Below, piece by piece: positions 24,102 through 38,510 of a stretch of DNA of 64,000 nucleotides (position 1 is its first letter; every line of letters starts with the position of its first letter). Where the stretch lies: positions 76,942,001 through 77,006,000 of the forward strand of contig NC_043001.1 of NCBI RefSeq assembly GCF_006345805.1. The letters run 5' to 3'. Origin of the DNA: Octopus sinensis (taxonomy: Eukaryota). Position numbers and translations under genes: made by a program. Below the pieces are notes generated by a model. That model saw only the letters and a program-made list of their open reading frames with translations. It was not told where the DNA came from and ran no database searches.

Positions 24102-24784
24102 GAAAAAATTTGGAGTCAACAAGGAGTATGGTTGGACATCTATTTTCAACCACTACAGTTGGAAGTACGTATAATACTACTACTGGATAGCACAGGGTGT
24201 AATCTGAAGGTGGATGAGCTTTATACTGTACTCTACTACGTTCTTAACAGAATGTACCATAACTTTATATCTACAGTACCCTGAAGGTACACTCTGACAC
24301 CTCATCGTTACTGTCTTGTCTCCCTTTCTAGCTGGAGTAACCATGTATCTCCTCGCAGCAAGACAAGACACCTGTTCCTGTCTCTATTTCTCTGTACACC
24401 TACCACAAAGCCACCTTCCCTAATACAACACTCCCACACAGTCAAGGAGTCTTGTGTTGTTAGTTACTTGGTGATCTCACTGGTGCTGGTGCCACAAAAG
24501 AGAAAAGCACCTTGAGTCGGGAAGGGCATCAATCTGTTGAAGCCATATCAAAGCAGACGCTGGAGCTCAGCACCATCTTCTGGCTTTGTCAGTTCCTGTC
24601 AAACCATCCAATCCATGCCAACATAGAACTTGGACATTAAATGATGATGATATCCACAATGATGATCATGATGCCTGTACTCCATTAAGGAATTCAGTTT
24701 TTTTTTCATATGAAATTACAATTCTAAAATATGAAAAGCAAAACAAAGGAAACTGGAAAAGAAAACTTGAATTTTCAGTGTCTT

Positions 24785-25018
24785 TTAATCCTTTAAGTAT
24801 TCAGATTCCTCTGTCAAACAATGCTTATTTAATTAAACTGGTTTGTTTTAATCAAGCATTATCTCATGAAGCTTTTGAGATTTCAATGATGTGATGGTAT
24901 ATTTTTACAATGACATTGTATGGTAAGTGTGAGAGGCTGAATCTAGCTGGTTTGAACATAAACTGTATAGAATATTCAGGTCTGATATAGCAGTCAGTTT
25001 AAATGCTTAAAGGGTTAA
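24785..25018 (-). mobile_element. TTAA-ended MITE family 1
   Basis: Reverse-complement homolog of 18648-18867. Confidence 0.7.
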
Positions 25019-25269
25019 TGTTGTAGTCTACGGTTGTCATCCACCCCACCCCTACCACTCCACCCCACCCCCTACCACATCCATTGCTTTGTGGGTGAAA
25101 CTGGGTAGATGGAAATAATGCAGAAGCCTGACTAGGGGAATTGAACCTATAATTCCAAGATTTAACCTTTACATCTAAGAATTCATGCATATTAAGGGTA
25201 CATAATGTTTTTGGAATACTCAACCACATACATGTGGATGGATCCTTGTATCAGTTCTGACTTATGTAG

Positions 25270-26752
25270 AGTAGTTATAATAACTGGTGTGATAGGTGTT
25301 GTTGATTTCGCTATAGTTGTTTTTGCTGTTGTTGTTTTGACTTTTTTTTTTTGTTGTTACCGTTGTTGTTGTTGTCATCATTGCTATTAATATCATTGTT
25401 TTTATTTCAGTAGTTGTTGTTGATATCATTGTCATTTTTTTTTTTGTTTTTATTGTTTTTGAAAACATGGGATGAGGTGGTGATCTTTGGTTGTTGGGCC
25501 CTACAGAGGCATTGACAAGTGACCGAGACGTCTGGCAATTTGCTGTGCTTGAGAAGACACATCAAGCTAAGTGAACTGATGTCGTTGCCAGTGCCGGTGA
25601 CATGTAAACGGCACGTGTGCTGGTGAAACATAAAGGGCACCCATGCCACTGACATGTAAAAGGCACCCATGCCAGTGAAATGCAAAGGGCACCAGTGCCA
25701 GTGACACATAAAAAGCACCCCTACTGGAGGCACATAAAATGCCCAGTACACTATAAAGTGGTTGGCATTAAGAAGGACATTCAGTCTTAAAAACCCAGCC
25801 AAAACTGATGACTGGAGCCAGGTGCAGCTCTCTAGCTTAACAGTCCCAGCCAAAACGTCTAACCCATGCCAGCATGGAAAATGGACATTAAATGATGGTG
25901 TTGTTTTTACTGTTATTGTTTGGCTTGTTTTTCTTGTTGTTACCACCATTGTTGCCATCATTGCCAGTAATGTCATTGTTCTTGTTGCAGTTGTTTTTTA
26001 GTCATCATCATTTTTGTTGTTGCAGTCAGTTGCTATTGTTGTTCGTATTTAGCCCCGGGCCAGTCCTAATTAACCAGACAGATTTATGATCACAGACACT
26101 TTTCCATTTATGACCATCCTGCCTTTATTTTTATTTTTTTCCACAACATAGTCTATCAAAGACTACATTCTCCAATATGTCTTTCCTTTATTCTTAAAAT
26201 GGGAGGTTGGGTGATTTAAGGCAAGTTTGACAGTTAATTTTAGCAGATCAAGAAACTCCCTGATTGGTTCGTGACTCCCACTTGTTGACTCAGTCTCTCC
26301 TTTGTCGTTTGATATTATTGTTGCTTTTGTTGCTATTATGAGTATTGTTATTGATGTTGTAGTTGTTGTTGCAATCATTCTTCTTTTCATTGAGATCATT
26401 GTTCTTCTTGATAATATCACTTAAGTTGTTGTTGTTGTTCTTCTTCTTTGTCTTGTTAACCTTGTCAGAGATGCAGTTATCGATATTTTTTGCTCCAACT
26501 GTTGTTGTTGCTGTTGATATTGTCTTTGCCTTGCTGCTGGTCATGACAATGCTATAGTCGCTGTTGTTGTTGTTGCTAATGCTTCCATTGATGTTGCAGT
26601 TGTTGATGCATTTCTGCAGCTGAAATTGTTGTTGTTGCTATTAATGCATTTTATTGTTGCAGTACTTTTTGGTGGTTTCTATTGTTGCTTTTGTACTGCT
26701 GTTGCTGCTTCTGAAGATGCTGTATTAATAACTGTTAAGCTGTAGCAGCAGC

Positions 26753-26785
<33 letters not shown>

Positions 26786-26790
26786 TTGTA
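25270..26790. repeat. Degenerate GTT/GCT/ATT trinucleotide tracts with an embedded RTE-tail repeat (~25470-25900)
   Basis: Low-complexity triplet runs; the embedded piece matches the 30770-31260 type on the opposite strand. Confidence 0.7.
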
Positions 26791-28429
26791 GCAGTAATTA
26801 GCTACTGACATTTAATAATTATAATGAAGTGTTTTGCAATTAGTGTTTTCCAATATATTATGTAGTAATCAACATGCGATTTTACTATTTAGGAGAATGT
26901 TGAGCAGTGGTGGGGGTGGGGTGATGGAGAGGGTCAAGACGTAACATGGTTAAGAAGAAGTAAGATGTAAGACTCATAACTACATGGTGCTGGGTTCAAT
27001 CCCTGAAAATGGGACTGCTGTCTTCCCGCATAACCTTGGATTCAGCACAAACCCTTTGAGAGAAATTTGGTAGACAGAAACTGTGTGGAAGCTCTGTCAG
27101 AGGAACCATTTCTGTTTTCAAGTGTTGACCTTAATTTACCTCCAGGTTTAAGAGCCCTCCCTGCCTCCACACACTTGGCCCTTGGCTGAAAGATTTTTGC
27201 AGAGTTCACCCTATTGTAATCATTCAGGCCTCATCTCCAGTTTGCAGATGATTTACTCCTTTCTTCCCATCAGTCTGGGAGGCCTTGAAAAAGAAAAATG
27301 ATAGGTACAACCCTTCTCATTCTAATTTTAAAGCACCCTTGATATTCAATAGGAATAGCGTTCTTTGGTTAGAAGAAAAGTGGTTGGAGGTGGAGGTGGA
27401 GGCTCTTGTTGTTTATTTGTTGTGGTGGTCATGTGTTGCTGTGAGTGGGTTTGGATCTATGGAGGCCTTGTTTTGAAAATAAATACTCCACAGAGCTATA
27501 ACTGGTCTATTGGCGGGAAGTCAATTGTTTATATCTTTATGCTTGTATCTTTGCAGATGTGTGTACATATACATGTGAGTATATAGGTGTGAACACATAT
27601 ATAGGTTAGATAGGTAGATAGATAGATAGAAAGCTGATTGGTTGAATAAGTAGAAATATATGCATGTACGTATATAAACATATATATATTATAGTTATGT
27701 GCACTATGATATATAGATGCATGTATAGTTTACATTTGTGAGAGAGATTGTGTTCATATATATGCATCTTTGTATGCAAGTGTATACACACACTTTTAGC
27801 AGTTGATAATGATAGCAATATGCCAGACATTGTATAAGGTACTTCCTTGCACTCACTTGGTTGTGGTGGTGGTGGTGGTTGTTGTTGTCTTTAATATAGG
27901 TCATCCCTGATTTAACAGACCTATACTCAGAGACATTCCAGCTGTGGTCATCCCATTTGTTTCCTGTTTACAGGTACCGTGTTTCTAGAACAACATTAAC
28001 TAAAACATCCTTCGTCTTATAAGACATTGAGGTGTGATTTGATAAAGAATGAGCTGCTGTTTTTAACATGGTCAAGTGGTCGTTTAAATACTCCCTAGTT
28101 GATTCACAGGTTTCATTGTGAGGAGTGAATATTTGCTAATCAACCAGATGGTCATTTTGACTGAGTGTGTGCTCCAAAATGTGTGTGTGTGTAATAGCAG
28201 CCTTCATACCAAATATGTAAACAATAATCGCAGGGAGAGTCATGGTGGCAAGCAAAAAGACAGGGTGGAGGAAAAGCAGAAATAAATGTGAAATAAATAG
28301 AAAGAGTAGTTTGTTATTTAACCCTAGGTCTTGCCTAAATCAAACAGGTATATTATGCAAGGCATTCTGCCCCAACTAATTCTGTCTAACCCATACAAGC
28401 ATAGAAAAGTGGTCATTAAGTGAAGATAC

Positions 28430-28820
28430 TCTTTACTCTTTTACTTGTTTCAGTCATTTGACTGTGGCCATGCTGGAGCACTGCCTTTAGTTGAGCAAAT
28501 CGACCCCAGGACTTATTCTTTGTAAGCCTAGTACTTATTCTATCAGTCTCTTTTGCCAAACCGTTAAGTTACAGGGACGTAAACACACCAGCATTGGTTG
28601 TCAAGCGATGTTGGGAGGACAAAGACAGACACACAAACACACATATATATATATATATACATGTGTACAACAGGCTTCTTTCAATTTTCCGTCTGCCAAA
28701 TCCACTCACAAGGCTTTGGTCAGCCCAAGGCTATAGTAGAAGGTGCCACACAGTGGGACTGAACCCAGAACCATGTGGTTGGTAAGCAAGCTACTTACCA
28801 CACAGCCCCTCCTACGCCTT
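28430..28820 (-). mobile_element. Composite tRNA-derived SINE
   Basis: Homologous to 19172-19580. Confidence 0.9.
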
Positions 28821-29009
28821 GATAATGATAAACATCAATTTAAGACAGAAAAGAGAAAGAGGCTTAATGTAATGCACTCAGTTACACAATCACCTGGCAA
28901 GTGGTAGATCCATGGTTCAATTCCTATCAGTTGTCTGTTTTTCTTTCATGTTGTGAATTGGTGTTTACAATGTCTACATGATTTTATGCTGAACATCTTG
29001 GGACGACAT

Positions 29010-29385
29010 AGGTGCAGGTAGTACAGTGTGGTCAAGAAGTTTGTTTTGCAACCACATGGTTTTGGGTTCAGTCCCACTCTATGGCCCTGGACCAACCAAT
29101 GACTTGTGAGTAAATTTGGTAGATGGTGTGGTTATCATGTACATAAAAGTGTGTGTGTGTATGTGTGTGTCTATTTGTCACCACCTCACCCCCCACTACT
29201 TGATAATCGGTATTGGTTTGTTTACAACCCTGTAATTTAGTGGTTCAGCTAAAAAGGCCATTAGAATAAATACTAGGCTTAACAAGAAAAAAAAGTACTG
29301 GGGTTGATTTGTTCCACCAAAAAACCCTTCAAGGTGGTTACCCAGCATAGTTGCAAGCCAACAACACAAACAAATAAAAGATGAG
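29010..29385 (+). mobile_element. Composite tRNA-derived SINE, older copy
   Basis: Head GGTGCAGG...GTGTGGTCAAGAAG, B-box GGTTCAGTCCC, tail GGTGGTTACCCAGCAT...AAATAAAAG. Confidence 0.7.
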
Positions 29386-29397
29386 AGAAAAATATTC

Positions 29398-29615
29398 TTA
29401 ACTCTTTACCATTCAAACTGACCATATATGGCCAAAATATTCTATGTTCAAATTGGCCAAATCGGGCCTCTCACACCAACCCTACAATATCATTCTAAAA
29501 ATGAAGTTACCTCATAAAAATCTCAAAGCAACAAGTTAGAGCATAATTAATTCAAAGCGATATGAATAAATAAGCATTTCACTTGACAGAATAATCCAGA
29601 TGCCACGGGACTAAT
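29398..29615 (+). mobile_element. TTAA-ended MITE family 1
   Basis: Homologous to 18648-18867. Confidence 0.65.
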
Positions 29616-29649
29616 TCATTGCAGAACAGAGTTTTCCACAACACTATTT

Positions 29650-29859
29650 TCTCTTTTATCTCTTTTACTTGTTTCAGTCATTTGACTGTGGCCATGCTGG
29701 AGCACCACCTTTAGTCGCGCAAATCAACCCTAGGACTTATTCTTTGGAAGCCTAGTACTTATTCTATCGATCTCTTTTTTGCCGAACCGTAAAGTTACAG
29801 GGATGTAAACACACCACCATCGGTTGGGGAGACAAACACAGACACACACATATACACGC

Positions 29860-29910
<51 letters not shown>

Positions 29911-30078
29911 TTTATATGACAGGCTTCTTTCAGTTTCCATCTACCAAATCCACTCACAAGGCTTTGGTCGGCCCGAGGTTATAGTAGAAGACACTTGCCC
30001 AAGGTGCCACACAGTGGGAATGAACCCAGAACCATATGGTAAACAAGCTACTTACCACACAGCCACTCCTGCGCCTAT
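29650..30078 (-). mobile_element. Composite tRNA-derived SINE
   Basis: Homologous to 19172-19580. Confidence 0.9.
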
Positions 30079-30736
30079 ATTGAAATAAACTAAGGAAGAG
30101 GTTTATAAGATTTACGTGGAGTATCGCAGTCATCTGGCCCAGATTTTTGAAAAAAGGTTTGTCACTAGGATGTGGGGAGTATAGTAGAGAAAGTTCCCAT
30201 GATACCGAGTGGCAGATGGGGATATAATGTTAATTATTGCTCAGCCCCTGGGTTCACACTAACTCAGTTAGTAAGGGTTAGTAAGGCAGGAAGGATCTCA
30301 TTCATTGTCATATGAAGTAACGGGAGCAACCATACATGTCACAGTAGGAGAAAAGAGCAGGAGTGGGGGAAGGGGAATTCAGACATCCTAGTTTTGTGCA
30401 AGTATATTTGCAGAAAAAACTTCAATAGAGAGCAGATATCACTTCACCATTAGACTTGAAAGAAACTTCGTCAATAAAAGAATTAATTAGAGAAGAGAGA
30501 AATCTTATTAAAACAGAATAATTTGCTGAGATTGGGAGAGAGAGAATTTGATGAGTTTCATAACAGTAGTAATAAATAATAATGAGTCTCTTAGCTTAAT
30601 TAATGTCTCTGCTTTGCAGGTCATAAAAAGCTCTGTGAAGATGCCATTGTTGCAGTTTGTTCATACACACACACACACACACACACATGTATGTATACAC
30701 ACGTGTGTGTGTGTGTGTACGAAATATACACATTTA

Positions 30737-30769
<33 letters not shown>

Positions 30770-30771
<2 letters not shown>

Positions 30772-32307
30772 TCATCATCATCATCATCATCGTTTAACGT
30801 CCGCTTTCCATGCTAGCATGGGTTGGATGGTTCAACTGGGGTCTGGGAAGCCCGAAGGCTGCACCAGGCCAGTCATATCTGGCAGTGTTTCTACAGCTGG
30901 ATGCCCTTCCTAATGCCAACCACTCCGTGAGTGTAGTGGGTGCTTTTTATGTGCCACCGATACAGGTGCCAGACGAGGCTGGCGAACAGCCACGCTCGGA
31001 TGGTGCTTTTTACGTGCCACCGGCACGGAGGCCAGGCGAGGCTGGCACGGCCACGATCGAATGGTGTGTTATGTGCCACCAGCACAGAGGCCAGTCGATG
31101 CGGTGCTGGCTACGGCCACGTTCGGATAAACCTCTTATGTGCCACCGGCACTGGTTCCACAACTACAAATTCCATTGATATTGATCGATTTCGATTTTGA
31201 TTTGATTTTTGATTTTTTTGAATTTCACTTGCCTCAACAGGTCTTCACAAGTAGAGTTATGTGTCCCAAGAAGGAAGGTATGCACAGGTGGACTGACTAC
31301 GTCCCAGGTAGGGGCCACGGGTTATGGCCTCACTTGTCCTGCCGGGTCTTCTCACGCACAGCATACTTCCAAAGGTCTTGGTCTCTGGTCATTTCCTCGG
31401 TGAGACCTAAAGAGCGAAGGTCGTGCTTCACCACCTCGTCCCAGGTTTTCCTGGGTCTACCTCTTCCACAGGTTCCCTCAACCACTAGGGTGTGGCACTT
31501 TTTCACACAACTATCTTCATCCATTCTTACCACGTGTCCATACCAGTGTAGACGTCTCTCTTGCACACCACATCTGATGCTTCTTAGGTCCAACTTTTCT
31601 CTCAAGGCACTTACATTCTGTTGGGTATGAACACTGACATTACACATCCATAGGAGCATACTGGTTTCATTTCATGCAAGCTTACGCATATCCTCAGCAG
31701 TCACGGCCCATGTTTCACTGCCATGTAGCATGGCTGTTCGTACACATGCGTTATACAGCCTGCCTTTTACTCTGAGCGAGAGGCCTTTTGTCACCAGCAG
31801 AGGTAAGAGCTCTCTGAACTTTGCCCAGGCTATTCTTACTCTAGCAGTTACACTTTCGGCACACCCGGTCCCGCTACTGACTTGATCACCTAGGTAACGG
31901 AAACTATCAACTATTTCTTGTTTTTCTCCCTGGAATGTGGCGGAAGATGGTCTCTGTGCATTTTCAGTGTTTTTTTGTACCAGAGCATCTGCCACATACA
32001 AAAACTATATTCCTAGTTAACCTTCCTTTGACATTGCTGCACCTCTTATGTGTCCATAGCTTACACTTGGTGCATCTTATAGAGTTCCTACCTACGCCTT
32101 TTCTACAGATCGAACAGGGCCATCTACCTGAAGGCGTTTGTGATTTGTCTACCTTTCTACTTATTAGGACTTTGGTTTTAGCTAGGTTGACTCTAAGGCC
32201 CTTCGATTCTAATCCTTGCTTCCACGTCTGAAACTTCTCCTCCAGTTCTGATAGTGATTCAGCAATTAGAGCAAGGTCATCAGCATAAAGGAGCTCCCAG
32301 AGGCATA

Positions 32308-32311
<4 letters not shown>
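30770..32311 (-). mobile_element. 5'-truncated RTE-clade LINE with a PHD-type finger in the RT and a long 3'UTR ending in (GAT)n
   Basis: WELLYADDL, GLRVNLAKTK, C4HC3 finger, FRYLG, LHGSETW, RLHWYGHV, GRGRPRKTW, stop at 31330. The 3'UTR has ~4 internal GTGCCACC repeats. One frameshift and one stop. Confidence 0.95.
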
Positions 32312-32344
<33 letters not shown>

Positions 32345-32430
32345 GATATACATATCTATACTTCAGTGAATATACATACGTACTCACATGCACTTATACA
32401 CTCATATATATCAAAATATACATAAACATT

Positions 32431-32465
<35 letters not shown>

Positions 32466-32774
32466 GTAAACATATATACCCAAGTATATAATAGAGTAAT
32501 ACATATACACAGACATTAAGATACACACATAAACAAACCCAAATATACATATATACTTATATAGCCATGTTTGCACCCCACCCCCACACAAACATATATA
32601 GAATACTTACTTGTACAAGTATGTAGCATTGTATTAAATAAGTTAAAAACATATAATAAATGCACAAACAAATGGGAAACAGACACAGAAGGTTGCCAAC
32701 TCTTCATCAGCCAGAGGGTCAAATGCAATTTCGCTTATACATACATACATACATACATATATACATAATAATAA

Positions 32775-33210
32775 TAATAATAATCCTTTCTACTATAGGT
32801 GCAAGGCCTGAAATTTGGGGAGAGGGGGTCAGTTGATTAGATCGACCCCAGTATGCAACTGGTACTTAATTTATAAACCCCGAAAGGATGAAAGGCAAGT
32901 CAACTTCGGCAGAATTTAAACTCAGAACATAAAGACAGACGAAATACCACTAAGCATTTTGCCCGGTGTGCTAATTGTCGCCTTAGGAATAATAATAATA
33001 ATAATAATAATACTAATATTGTCACCTTAAGAATAATAATAATCTTTTCCACTTCACACATAAGGCCAAAAATTTGGTGGGAGGTGGCTAGTTGATTACA
33101 TTGACCCCCTGATATTTATTTTATCAATCCTGAAAACCAACCTCAGTGGAATTTGAACATAGAATGTAAAAACAGATGAAATGTCATTAGACATTTTGTC
33201 TAACATGTTA
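32775..33210 (-). mobile_element. Two tRNA-headed SINE remnants (5058 family)
   Basis: Reverse complements of the 20345-20565 type, each next to an (ATA)n tract. Confidence 0.75.
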
Positions 33211-36200
33211 ACTATTGATATATTCTTTAATAATCACAAGGGCTTGCAGAGATACAAAAATATGATACTTTCATTAGGAGTCACAAAAGAAAGTGGAGTG
33301 TGAAAGAGAAGTTTATAAATGACAAAAAGAGAGAGAGAGAGAGAGAGAGATGTAATACAATATATGAATGAACATACTAAGATTTTTTTAAAATACATAT
33401 ATTTGTACAGAAATAAAGTATGATAAAATATGTAATTATTAATGCAAAATATAATTTAAAAGAAATAAAACCTGAAAGAGTACTGGCTTAGTTGGATTTA
33501 GGCATTCCAAAGCTGTATTTGCTATCTGGTTTTGTGTAGGAGTGCAACCGAATCCACTGGTAAGCATTTTTGAGACAGTATTGAAAATCCCCATCTTTGA
33601 AGTATACTCTTTTAAGTTCATGGAGATGGCTTAGTTTTACTTTTACTAGTAATCTATCTTTTGCATGTTGTTTATATTCTGAATCTAACAGTTTGTGTGT
33701 CATTCTAACTTCTTCAAAAAGTCTGTGCCACTACAGAAGAGTGATTTTTGTATATTAATTGCCTGTTTGATTTGAGAAGTATGGTGAATTTTAATTCTTC
33801 TTCCTCCTCTTCCTTTTCTTCATTATTTTCCTGAGAAAGGTTATCATTGTTGTTATGGGGAAATTGTTCCTCCTTACCCATTTCTGTGGTTCTATACTTA
33901 ACCATCTTTGTGAGTCATCTGTTCCCCCCCTTTCATGTTTTCACAAATACTTTTTAGGTTTTCATCTACAACTACTATTTCCTCTTCATCACAGCATAAT
34001 GAAATGGTAAAACTGGTTGTTACTGTGGGGAACAAGATGTTTTTTTATCTACCTGTAATACAGGACATAAAGGAATTTCATTTGCCATTCCAAGAGTTTT
34101 GACTAACAATGGTCAGCAAATTGGAATTTGTTGTTCTTTTTGCTATTGCAGTTGTTCATTATTTTCATTTCCTTTGTGTGTGTGTATGTGCATGCGTGTC
34201 CATTCACACATATATTTGTTTAGTCTTCTTAGGTTTTGGGGGCATTGACTATGACAAATGTACAAATGTAACGGCTATCGGCCGCCTTTCCAGTATGGCT
34301 CTGAGGCCGTTAGGAATCATTAGGATTTGCAAATACATCTCACTACATGTCACCTTTCATTAGCCCTGCTTTTACTTCTTGTCCATATTCTGAGACAAAA
34401 CTGATGTGACTAGCCACAGATCTATGCCATTTTCAACATCTCTTATCATTCTTGTATTTCTTTAACCTGGACACAAATACAGAGTCTGTAAAAAAAACAA
34501 AAAAAAAACAAAAAATATTCACACTTCAGGGAAGGAAAAATCTGTATAAATACTTAACCTGTATAAGTACCTCTATAAATATAAATACCCCTTCTAATAT
34601 TTTATCAAATTGCAATAACACTGAATTAAAATATTTATACAGATTTTTCCTTTCCTGAAATGTGTATGCTTTTTTTTTTTTTTTTTGCCAGATTCTGTAT
34701 ATAGTCAGAAGTATATCTGAATATTTCAGCCTGTGTTTTGGCTGACTCATCAGTTTTGAATGTCCTGCAGATATTGTCATAACTTTTGCTTCTTCAGTTG
34801 AGAAGGTTTCTCCTTAGATGTTCTAAAGTGTTTATTGCAATTCTTGCCAAGAGGTCAGATTTAATCCACTTCTATCCTTACATAAGCAGAAATATATGAT
34901 TCTTCCTCTTTGCTCTCTCATGGTTCTCTCCTGTTACAAATAAATATTCTTCAGTTGTACAAAATTCTCCCATCGTCATCATCATTTAACGTCCACATTC
35001 ATGCTGGCATGGGTTGGATGGCTTGACAGGAGCTGGCCAGGTAGAAGGCTGCACCACATTTCTGTGTCTGTTTTGGCATGGTTTTTATGTTTGGATGCCC
35101 TTCCTAACACCAACCACCCTCTCATTGGTTCATATAAGGGACTGCTGTTTTTATTGTTTAACCCCAGGTCAGTCTGTTTAAACAGACCTATGACACTGTA
35201 ACAAAATTTTAATTTCTTTTTTTTTTTTGTCTTTGGTCAGTAAGAGTTATTTCCTATTTGCCCCTATCTAGAAATTAAAGGAAATAACTTCCATTCCCTT
35301 CAGACTTTGCTTTTGTGCCTTGGACTTCAATGATTTGGAATTGACCTATTTTCCATTACATTTCAGAGATTCAGTGCTGTGTTGCTGAAGCAGAAATATC
35401 ATTATAGCAAATATTCTGTTCATTACCAGAGATTTGCTTGTCAGTTGCTTGACCTTAACCACTTGAGCATGTCCCTTAGTGGCTAACAATATGTGCATCT
35501 CTGATCATGAGCAGGTGTAGGGTGGAGTGCCTCATAGCCATGTGTTGAGAGGGATTCTTTAGGGTTTGAATAAATGTAAGAAAAGCAAAGTTTGAAGGTA
35601 ATATTAGTAATTTTTCATACTTTCTAGGGGTAAACAAATAGGGAATAATAGTTGCTGCCCAAGGATAAAAATCATGTTAAGCAGAGTGATCAAAGGTGTT
35701 CCAACCATCCTTTCCTAAGGCACTGCCTATCTAGGACTACATTACTCAATGTGCCCTCTATTACTCAATATGCCGTCCTTTTTCTCTATGATGCTAGCTT
35801 GTAGTTGGAGGGAGATTTGGCTGCTATTTCTAACAGGCCAACAACCACATAGATGTTCTCTCTGGAATTGTTAGATTAGAGGGTCACATGACATATAAAG
35901 AAGCTTCTTCATTGGCCTATGTTGACGTACGGGGACTACATAATCCCTCCAACACCCCCTCCCATCAAGTAAACTATACCATGTTTTTTTTCTTTTTTTT
36001 ATTTTGGCGAGGGGAACTTAGCTTTGGTAGTATTTTAGTAACCCCTTAGAAGTTGGCTCTTGTAGAGATTGAACTTTGAACCATGAAGTACAATAAGTTG
36101 GCCCTAAGCCACTTTAGTAATCCTACTATATCCATTGTGAGTATGTGTGTGTATGTATGAGTGTGTGTGTGTTTCTGTGAGTTTGTCTGTATGTATGTAT

Positions 36201-36722
36201 GTGTATGTCTATATGTGTATGTGTGTGTCTATTTGTGTGTGTGTGTGCCTATCTATATATGCTTACTTGTGTGTATCTATATCTATGCATTGTACACACA
36301 TGCATATATATGTTTGTGTGTGTAGATGTCTGTTCACTCAAGGATGTGTGAATCTGTATATGAAAAGATATATTTGTATAAATATCCTTTTTCTCTCTAT
36401 TTTTACCATTCGTCACTGATTTCCTTGTCGTTGTATCACCTTCATTCTTGCCTTCATCTCTCTTTCATGGCTCCTACTATTCTATATGTATATATAAATG
36501 ACCTGCAGAGACACTGTATTTCATTATGCAGCCATAATATACTACAAAGTATATTAAATACTTTTATAAATCAATACTATGTTCTACTGTGTTAGCAGTG
36601 CTATTACAGCATAACAAATCAGTGTTGGCTATAATTTTTATAGAAAATCTATTGATATAAGCCTAACAAGTAATATATTTATATATATATATATATGTAC
36701 GTATGTACATGTATATTAATGA

Positions 36723-36771
<49 letters not shown>

Positions 36772-36841
36772 CATACATACATATACTTATATACATATAT
36801 ACATGTATATATATATACATACATATACTTATATACATATG

Positions 36842-36903
<62 letters not shown>

Positions 36904-37689
36904 TGTATATATATATAGAGTACATCTATATACACTCTTGCTTTGCTATGTATATGTAGCTGATGGTTTCTTTTTAATCTGGCAGGTTTCTCCAGTCTTG
37001 AGACGTAAGTGTACCAATCTTAGTCCCATATAAACCATCTGTTTCTGATATTTAGTTCCGTTGCTCGCCAAAATAGTTCAGCCCTTTTACTCTGTCTTTT
37101 ATTACTTCTTTCCCTCTACCTCAACCCCTATATAATCTCTCTGTTGTTCCATCTAACCCTTGTTTTCTAAAACTAATATAACCCATTCATATGTCTGTGA
37201 ACTTCTTATCCAACTATTGTTATCTAATGATTTATCTATTTGTCTGTGTGTGTGTGTCTATCTCTGTTGATTTATATAACATCACAATCATCATCAGCAG
37301 CAAGAACACCACCATCATCATCACCACCACCATGATCATCAGCACCACTACTGTCATCATCATCGCCACCATCTTAATCATCATCATTTACCCGTGACTG
37401 ATGCAGCCAGTCATTGAACTGCCACTGCAGACATTCTGGCCATGAGCAATCACCAGTGATATTCCTCCTTAATCTTATGGCAGGAGCGCTGTGCCCTGAA
37501 GAACAATCCAATCCTTGATGTTATTATACCAGGAATATTTATTGTCCCCCTTTTTTACCTCTCTTCCTTCAACTGCATCCCATAGAGAGGTTTCCAAATT
37601 TATATCATTATCTGGTCAGGCAGCTTACACAGACCAATGCAACTCTTCCATGCTGCTAGATGTTCTGATGTTCTATAACAGTCTTCATA

Positions 37690-38510
37690 TCTTCTACTTG
37701 AAATCCAGTGTCATCCACAAATTGATCAATGTATGCTCTTCTTAACTCTTTAAGTTTGGGAATAAATAGCAAGTCTTTTCATGCAGGACAAAAAAAAAAG
37801 GGAAAAATACAAGATGATAGCTTATAATGCAAATGTGGCTTATAATACCACACCCATCTTCAGAATTTAGCAGTGTGTTAATAAGCCACGCCAGTCTTCT
37901 GTGGAAGAGAGCATGTTGTGTCAACAAGCTACACCCAGCCTTAAAGGGTTAATCTGCTAATCCTTGTATGTCAATGCATGGCTTTCCAGAGAAGGAGATC
38001 ACTAAATATTTCATCTTTACATCTTGAGCATTGTTCTGTATCACGTGTACTCCATTCTCTGATCACTGAGAGGGTGATGGGAAGACTGCCATACAGTTGC
38101 TACTTTATTGGATGTTGCTGTCAAGAAAGATTGAGAACTACATGAAGCACTCTTGTGTATGTACCACCAAGCTTCTTTGCAAATCTCTTGTTCAGCATTC
38201 ATGCTGAAGAGCCAGAGAGAAATATATATATGTATTGACCACTTTGAATAAACCCCTCTTCATGTTATCAGGAAGGGAGGACTTCTATACAGCTGAGTCT
38301 GTCTAGGGCATTCCATGCTTTTGCAATCCTTACCAAGACATCCTTTCCTGTTGAAGCAATGTTACTTCCCAGGTAGGCAAAGTCATCAACCATCTCCAAA
38401 ATGGTGCCATTCTGTGTACAGATATCACCTCTTACATTATAGCTCATATATTCAATCTTACTAACATTGATTGACATATTGTCCTGTCTGTGTACTGCAG
38501 TCTTAATAGC
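37690..38510 (-). mobile_element. RTE-X/Proto2-like LINE 3' fragment, decayed
   Basis: INVSKIEYM, DDFAYLGS, RIAKAW, GTYTRVL, QHP...LYGSLP, SDLLLWK and AYIDQFVDDTG motifs. Confidence 0.7.

Noticed and set aside
25205-26557. Thr/Asn-rich and hydrophobic ORFs
   Set aside because: Degenerate trinucleotide tracts are open on both strands and lack convincing splice sites.
34715-34760. Minus-strand CTGATGA...AGCC/GGCT-GAAA motif
   Set aside because: Stem I is absent and the register of stem II is wrong.
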